From: Oceanispirochaeta sp.
Lineage (GTDB): Bacteria > Spirochaetota > Spirochaetia > DSM-2461
NCBI GenBank assembly: GCA_963666275.2
Contig: CAXXOA010000001.1
Location: 576,001 to 640,000 of the forward strand
DNA: 64,000 bases
Direction of reading: 5' to 3'
Shown: piece by piece, positions 58,979-64,000 of the stretch
Layout of the letters: the number at the start of each line of letters is the position of its first letter
Position numbering within the stretch: position 1 is the first letter of the stretch
Notes under the pieces: model-generated
Told to the model about the DNA's origin: nothing
Databases searched by the model: none
What the model saw: only the letters and a program-made list of their open reading frames with translations
Program-made: the position numbers and the translations under genes

Positions 58979-59902
58979 TTGAGTATGATAATAACGGGAG
59001 CCCCATGCAGTTGGGGGGTAGATGATCCCCAAAATCCTTATCTTCCATCCTGGAGAAAAGTATTAAACGAAGCTTCTGCAGCGGGGTATAAGGGACTTGA
59101 GCTCGGTCCTTATGGATATATCCCTTTGGATCTGAAAACTGTTACAGATGAGCTTGAAAAGAATAGCCTGTCTATTGTAGCCGGTACAATATTTGATGAT
59201 CTGGTTTCAGAGGCAAATCTGGAGAACTTGATTAAACAGGTGCATGAAATCTGTTCTATTACGACAAAACTACCGTTGGAACCAAAACAGGATGAACAGA
59301 ATTTTGCACCTCCTTACCTGGTGCTGATCGACTGGGGTCATGATGAAAGGGATTTTGCATCCGGGCATGTAGATACGGCTCCCCGTTTGGCACCGGAAGA
59401 ATGGAACAGAATGGCAGACCATATAAAGATCCTCTCTGAACTAGCCTGGGAGACGTATCACGTAAGAGCTGTTATTCATCCCCATGCAGGCGGTTACATA
59501 GAGTTCGCAGATGAAATAGATCAGATCGCTAATGATATACCTCATGAAACCGCCGGTTTGTGCCTTGATACAGGACATTTGTATTTTTCAGGTATGGATC
59601 CTGAAGCCTGGTTATACAAATACAAGCATCGTCTGGATTACATCCATTTTAAAGATGTTAATCGAACTGTATTTAAAGAAATTATGCAGGAGAAAATCAG
59701 GTTTTTTGATGCCGTTGCCAAAGGAGTCATGTGCCCTCTTGGTACAGGAGATTTGGACTATCCCGCTATTTTCAGATTATTACAAGGGATGGAATATCAC
59801 GGGTACATAACAATTGAACAAGAACGAGATCCCCGTAACTCGGAAACAAGCTTAAAAGATGTGAAAGCCAGCTTAGATTATTTAAAGAGTATTGGATTTT
59901 AA
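58979..59902 (+). CDS. Inosose dehydratase (IolE)-like TIM-barrel protein
   Basis: APCSWGV, ELGPYGY, HPHAGGYIE, CLDTGH, IHFKD, IEQE motifs. Confidence 0.75.
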   Translation: MSMIITGAPCSWGVDDPQNPYLPSWRKVLNEASAAGYKGLELGPYGYIPLDLKTVTDELEKNSLSIVAGTIFDDLVSEANLENLIKQVHEICSITTKLPLEPKQDEQNFAPPYLVLIDWGHDERDFASGHVDTAPRLAPEEWNRMADHIKILSELAWETYHVRAVIHPHAGGYIEFADEIDQIANDIPHETAGLCLDTGHLYFSGMDPEAWLYKYKHRLDYIHFKDVNRTVFKEIMQEKIRFFDAVAKGVMCPLGTGDLDYPAIFRLLQGMEYHGYITIEQERDPRNSETSLKDVKASLDYLKSIGF

Positions 59903-59955
59903 AAAATACAGAAAGAGATTTCGGATTCATAAAGAAAATTTGAAGGAGATAATTA

Positions 59956-61122
59956 ATGATAAATGGTGAGAAAGTTATAGATCGTCCCATTCGATGGGGA
60001 ATGGTTGGCGGTGGTCGTGGAAGTAATATCGGTTATATCCACCGGTCCGCTGCTTTGAGGGATAACACATTTCGGCTTATTGCAGGAGCCTTTGATATAG
60101 ATCCGGAAAGAGGACGTATTTTCGGGAGCGAACTGGGAGTGGATTCAGAAAGATGCTACCCGGATTACAAAACCATGTTCGAAGCGGAAAGCAAAAGAGA
60201 TGATGGGATCGAAGCCGTTTCTATTGCGACACCCAATAAATTTCATTTTGAAATCAGTAAAGCAGCTCTTGAAGCAGGTTTTCATGTGGTTTGCGAAAAG
60301 CCCCTTTGTTTTACTACAGAGGAAGCGGAAACCTTGGTGAACATTTCTAAAAAAAAGAACCTTGTCATGGGTGTAACCTATGGGTATTCCTGTCACCAGA
60401 CAGTCCATCAGGCACGGAAAATGATCGAAAACGGGGCACTCGGTGACATTCGGATTATTGAAATGCAGTTTGCCTACGGCGGTTTCAATGACCCCATTGA
60501 GAACGAGATTCCGGCTGCTAAATGGCGTCTTGATCCAGCTCACGCGGGGCCCAGTTTTATTCTGGGTGATGTGGGAACTCACAGTCTTCATATGGCGGAG
60601 ATTATGATCCCCGGTCTTGAAATCAAGAATCTTCTTTGTGCAAAACAGAGTTTTATCCCCACACGGAAGTTAGAGGACAATGCTCATGTCTTTATCAATT
60701 TCACAAATGGTGCTTTTGGAAATCTTTGGGCCAGCAGCCTGAATTGCGGTGCCATGCACGGGCATAAGATTCGCATTGTTGGATCAAAGGCCAGTCTGGA
60801 ATGGTATGACGATAAACCAAATCACTTATTCTTTTACCCTGAAGGTCAGCCGGAACAAATTTTACACCGGGGAACTGGATATTTCCATCCTGAAGCCAAT
60901 CGATATGATCGGATTAGTGCCGGTCACCACGAAGGACTTTTTGAGTCCTGGTCAAATATGTATCTCCGCTTCGGTTTAGCAATGAATGCAAAAAGAAAAG
61001 GGGATGAAGAATTCCTGAAAACTCACTGGTATCCGAATGTGAATGAGGGTGCTGTTGGTGTCAAATTTGTTGAAAAATGTGTGGAATCCGCTGAGGCCGG
61101 ATCGGTTTGGGTAAATTTCTAG
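59956..61122 (+). CDS. Gfo/Idh/MocA-family oxidoreductase (inositol-cluster type)
   Basis: GMVGGGRGSNIG..H, ATPNKFH, CEKP, GDVGTH. Confidence 0.9.
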   Translation: MINGEKVIDRPIRWGMVGGGRGSNIGYIHRSAALRDNTFRLIAGAFDIDPERGRIFGSELGVDSERCYPDYKTMFEAESKRDDGIEAVSIATPNKFHFEISKAALEAGFHVVCEKPLCFTTEEAETLVNISKKKNLVMGVTYGYSCHQTVHQARKMIENGALGDIRIIEMQFAYGGFNDPIENEIPAAKWRLDPAHAGPSFILGDVGTHSLHMAEIMIPGLEIKNLLCAKQSFIPTRKLEDNAHVFINFTNGAFGNLWASSLNCGAMHGHKIRIVGSKASLEWYDDKPNHLFFYPEGQPEQILHRGTGYFHPEANRYDRISAGHHEGLFESWSNMYLRFGLAMNAKRKGDEEFLKTHWYPNVNEGAVGVKFVEKCVESAEAGSVWVNF

Positions 61123-61134
61123 AGAGGTATTAGC

Positions 61135-62034
61135 ATGAAAATAGCATTCGATGTAGATGTTCTTGCAAGAGAAATGAATATAACAGATATGGTCCATAAA
61201 GTAGCAGACTGGGGTTACAAATATATTGAACAGTCTCCCCATCCCCAGATCAACCCCTTTTACAAACACCCCCTTTTTTCCAGGGATGTGGAAAATGAAT
61301 ACAAAAAGGCTCTGAGTGCAACCGGAGTTGAACTCTCTTCATTTATAGTGGTTTACCGCTGGTCCGGCCCCACAGAAATTCAGAGAGAACACGCTATAGC
61401 CAACTGGAAGAGAATTCTTGAAATTGCCGATTCTATGGGTGTTCGTGTTATCAATACCGAGCTTTCCGGAGATCCCCATCAGCCGGAAATCTGCAACGGC
61501 ATGTGGTTTAAATCCATGGAGGAGCTTTTACCCCTCTTTGAAAAATATGATATTCGCTGCGAAATTCAGTCCCATCCCTATGACTTCAGTGAACTGAATG
61601 ATGAAACCGTTGATATGGTTAAATCATTCCGCTCCGATTATGTCACCTATCTTTACTCTGCTTCTCACGGTTTCTTTTATGATGAAGGAAAAGGCGATGT
61701 GAGAAGAATGCTGAAATATGCCGGAGACTCTCTGTCGCATGTGCTTATTGCAGATACCTATAACCAGACTTCTAAAGCTGGTGCTGGGTTACGCTATATC
61801 CTCAATCCTCCCGGAGTTGATGCTGCCATTCATCAGCATACTCCTATGGGATACGGCGATGTGGATTTCGATGGGATTTTTGAATCCTTAAGAGAAATGG
61901 ATTTTGCCAACAGAACTTTTAAAGCGGGAGGCGAATCTATTATTTGTACTTCCTATTTCGGTTATCCCGAATTGATGGATAAAGAAGCACCCGCTGCCCG
62001 TGAAAGAATAGAAAAAGAACTACTTGGTAAATAA
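61135..62034 (+). CDS. iolH: IolH-like sugar phosphate isomerase/epimerase
   Basis: MKIAFD..., GYKYIEQSP..INPFYKHP, QSHPYDF, HVLIADT, RYILNPPG..HQH pattern. Confidence 0.7.
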   Translation: MKIAFDVDVLAREMNITDMVHKVADWGYKYIEQSPHPQINPFYKHPLFSRDVENEYKKALSATGVELSSFIVVYRWSGPTEIQREHAIANWKRILEIADSMGVRVINTELSGDPHQPEICNGMWFKSMEELLPLFEKYDIRCEIQSHPYDFSELNDETVDMVKSFRSDYVTYLYSASHGFFYDEGKGDVRRMLKYAGDSLSHVLIADTYNQTSKAGAGLRYILNPPGVDAAIHQHTPMGYGDVDFDGIFESLREMDFANRTFKAGGESIICTSYFGYPELMDKEAPAARERIEKELLGK

Positions 62035-62351
62035 TTGACTGTCAGGTTTGTTCAGAATAACTGAATGGGCCTGACTAACCGTCTATAGAGATCTGTTATG
62101 AGAAGTGAAGAGAAAACAATCCTAAAAAGAATCAGAATACTGGAACATGCTAGAGAGTCGAAAAATGTTTCATATACCTGTAAATATTTCGGCATATCAC
62201 GAGAGACTTTTTATCAATGGAAAAGGGCCTATGAATCAGGCGGAATGGAAGCTTTAAAAAGTAGAAAGCGGGGAGCGAAGAATGGGACTCATCCTTCAAA
62301 GACTCCAAAAAGAATTGAAAACAAGATCCTTTTTATGAGAAAAAAATATAA

Positions 62352-63652
62352 GAGCCTGTAAAATTCTTTGTGTATAGCTCATTTCTAATTCGAAAATCGA
62401 CCATCATATTCGATGGCGAATCTATTCATGGCAGGCTTCCAATTTCGAAGCGGCATAGACCACTTCCTGGAAGCCTGCTCAATAGCCAGATATATTATTT
62501 TAACGCTGATCCATCATTAGGGAAGATTTTACGATTCTTTATGGATTTCCGTATCACACTATTCACGGATTCAATGGCATTCGTGGTATAGATAATCCGC
62601 CGGATTTCATCCGGGTAATCAAAAAGGGTGATCAAATTATCCCAGTTCCGATACCAACCAGCGTTGATTGAAGGATATTGGGAATCCCATTTTCCAGCGA
62701 AACGATCCAGCTCCAATTTAGCCTCTTGCTCAGAAATGGAGCCATAGATTTTCTTCAAATCAGCGGTAACGGATTTCCGGTCTTTGTACGATACATATTT
62801 CACAGAATTGCGGACTTGGTGGACAATGCAGAGCTGAACCCTTGTCTTTGGAAATACTGCAGCAATAGCATCAGGAAAGCCTGTAAGCCCATCCACGCAA
62901 GCTATGAATATATCTTGAACTCCTCGGTTCTGAAGCTCTGTGAGGACATTCATCCAGAACTTAGCCCCTTCGTTCTCAGCGATCCAGAGTCCCAGAAGTT
63001 CTTTGATACCATCAGTGTTTACTGCCAACGCCATAAAGACGCTCTTATTAATAACCCGCTTGTTCTCACGAACTGTAATGACAATACAGTCTAAGTAGAT
63101 GATGGGATAATCAGTGTCTAGAGGACGATTCTGCCAAGCAATGACATCATCCATCACACCCTCTGTGATTTTTGATATTAGAGCGTGAGAGACATCAACA
63201 TCGTACATTTCCTTGAATGTATCTGCGATATCCCTGGTGGTCATTCCTTTGGCGTATAAGGTCAGTATCTTACTGTCCAGGTCACTGGTTCTACGTTGAT
63301 TCTTCTTGATCAGTTGCGGCTCGAAAGATGAATCTCGATCTCTGGGAATTTCTAGATCAATTTCGGCATTATCAGTTTTAAGAGTCTTCTGAGTATAGCC
63401 GTTTCGAGAGTTACTAGATGGTCGCTGACCATTCTTCTTTTCTCCGAGATGTTCTTCCATCTCGATCTCCAAGATCCGTTCCATGGCTACCTTCGCCAGC
63501 ATCTTGGTCATGTCAGAAACGTCTTGGGGGGATTTCAGGTTCTTGGCTAGCTTATCAGCCAACTCATTAAATTCATCACTGTCGTACAAAACAAAAGCTC
63601 TTCTCTTCTTATACAAAGATTTGGAGCTCTACACAAATTTATTTACAGTCTC
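62352..63652 (-). mobile_element. IS256-family insertion sequence (1301 bp)
   Basis: 29-bp terminal IRs (23/29 identical, GAG.CTGTAAA....TTTGTGTA.AGCTC) and 8-bp target duplication AAATATAA at 62344-62351 and 63653-63660. Confidence 0.93.
62385..63616 (-). pseudogene. IS256 (Mutator-type) transposase with a 1-base frameshift near the C-terminus
   Basis: RNGY, IPRDR, YLDCI, VDGLTGF, QLCIVHQVRN, YTTNAIES. The ORF stops at 62495 but IYLAIEQASRKWSMPLRNW...* continues in another frame to 62385. Confidence 0.85.
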
Positions 63653-63876
63653 AAATATAATTGGGGTCCTATGAACATATCTACACATCTTTATAAACAG
63701 TTTGGTATCAAGATTACTTCTGGAGGAGTTTATCAGGTTCTGAAGCGGAATGGGTTGAATCAGCTCGATAAAGATTAAAAATGTTCGAGCTTATTTTCGC
63801 ATCAGTGAGAATATTTCCTGCTGCATAAATCATCTTTTCAGATTTTCCTTTCACTATTCGAAATAATTTTTATATG

Positions 63877-63903
63877 TACTCACCGGGGCTAACCCGGTGA
63901 GTA
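63877..63903. other. Stem-loop (possible terminator of a gene beyond the window, or a REP-like element)
   Basis: TACTCACCGGG-GCTAA-CCCGGTGAGTA, 11-bp perfect stem. Confidence 0.45.
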
Positions 63904-64000
63904 AAATCCACTGTTTTGTATTTCAGATTTTTCAAGTTAAGCTGACAATCTAGCAGATCTCCCTCTGGATCTTTAAGAAAAAGTCCAAATCCCCTTTCTC

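Larger units (their letters stand above)
62040..63778 (+). mobile_element. IS481-type transposase remnant (HTH part only) interrupted by IS256
   Basis: TGT-starting end at 62040. ORF 62098-62351 (NVSYTCKYFGISRETFYQWKR) continues in frame after the IS256 target duplication as WGPMNIS...GVYQVLKRNGLN to TAA at 63778. Confidence 0.75.

Overview
A 64-kb bacterial chromosome segment, most likely from a free-living Spirochaetaceae member; this is inferred from the spirochaete-style AxGxxE/D signal peptides on four sugar-binding proteins. No rRNA, tRNA or CRISPR was seen. In order: tctCBA-GntR-galD/ligU-ligK (uptake and lower 4,5-cleavage pathway for aromatic-derived tricarboxylates); a DUF4139-type gene; glyA under a ZMP/ZTP (pfl) riboswitch; a REP-associated tyrosine transposase with REP hairpins on both sides and one inside its own CDS; a speA-CASDH-nspC-speB polyamine operon; a PTS EIIA-CBS plus NhaD/ArsB-type permease pair; an AT-richer sugar catabolic block (LacI-SBP fusion regulator, UroD-family protein, oxidoreductase, epimerase, ABC transporter); a putative exopolysaccharide locus (CBM-deacetylase-beta-barrel, GH16, STAS, PP2C-anti-sigma kinase, degenerate ODP-GGDEF-REC, HEAT-GT2 synthase, clan-A GH); and a sigma54 two-component system whose histidine kinase is fused to a sugar-ABC ATPase domain, lying directly upstream of a sigma54-promoter-driven sugar ABC transporter. 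After these come recQ and a second AT-richer, partly decaying sugar/inositol block (SBP-flavoprotein chimera, frameshifted UroD-family gene, ROK, AraC, iol-like genes). The window ends with an IS256 element inserted into an IS481-type remnant. The best candidates for an undescribed system are the ABC-ATPase/PAS/histidine-kinase sensory module and the partner-switch-linked glycan synthase locus. All calls come from reading motifs by eye; no database searches were run.
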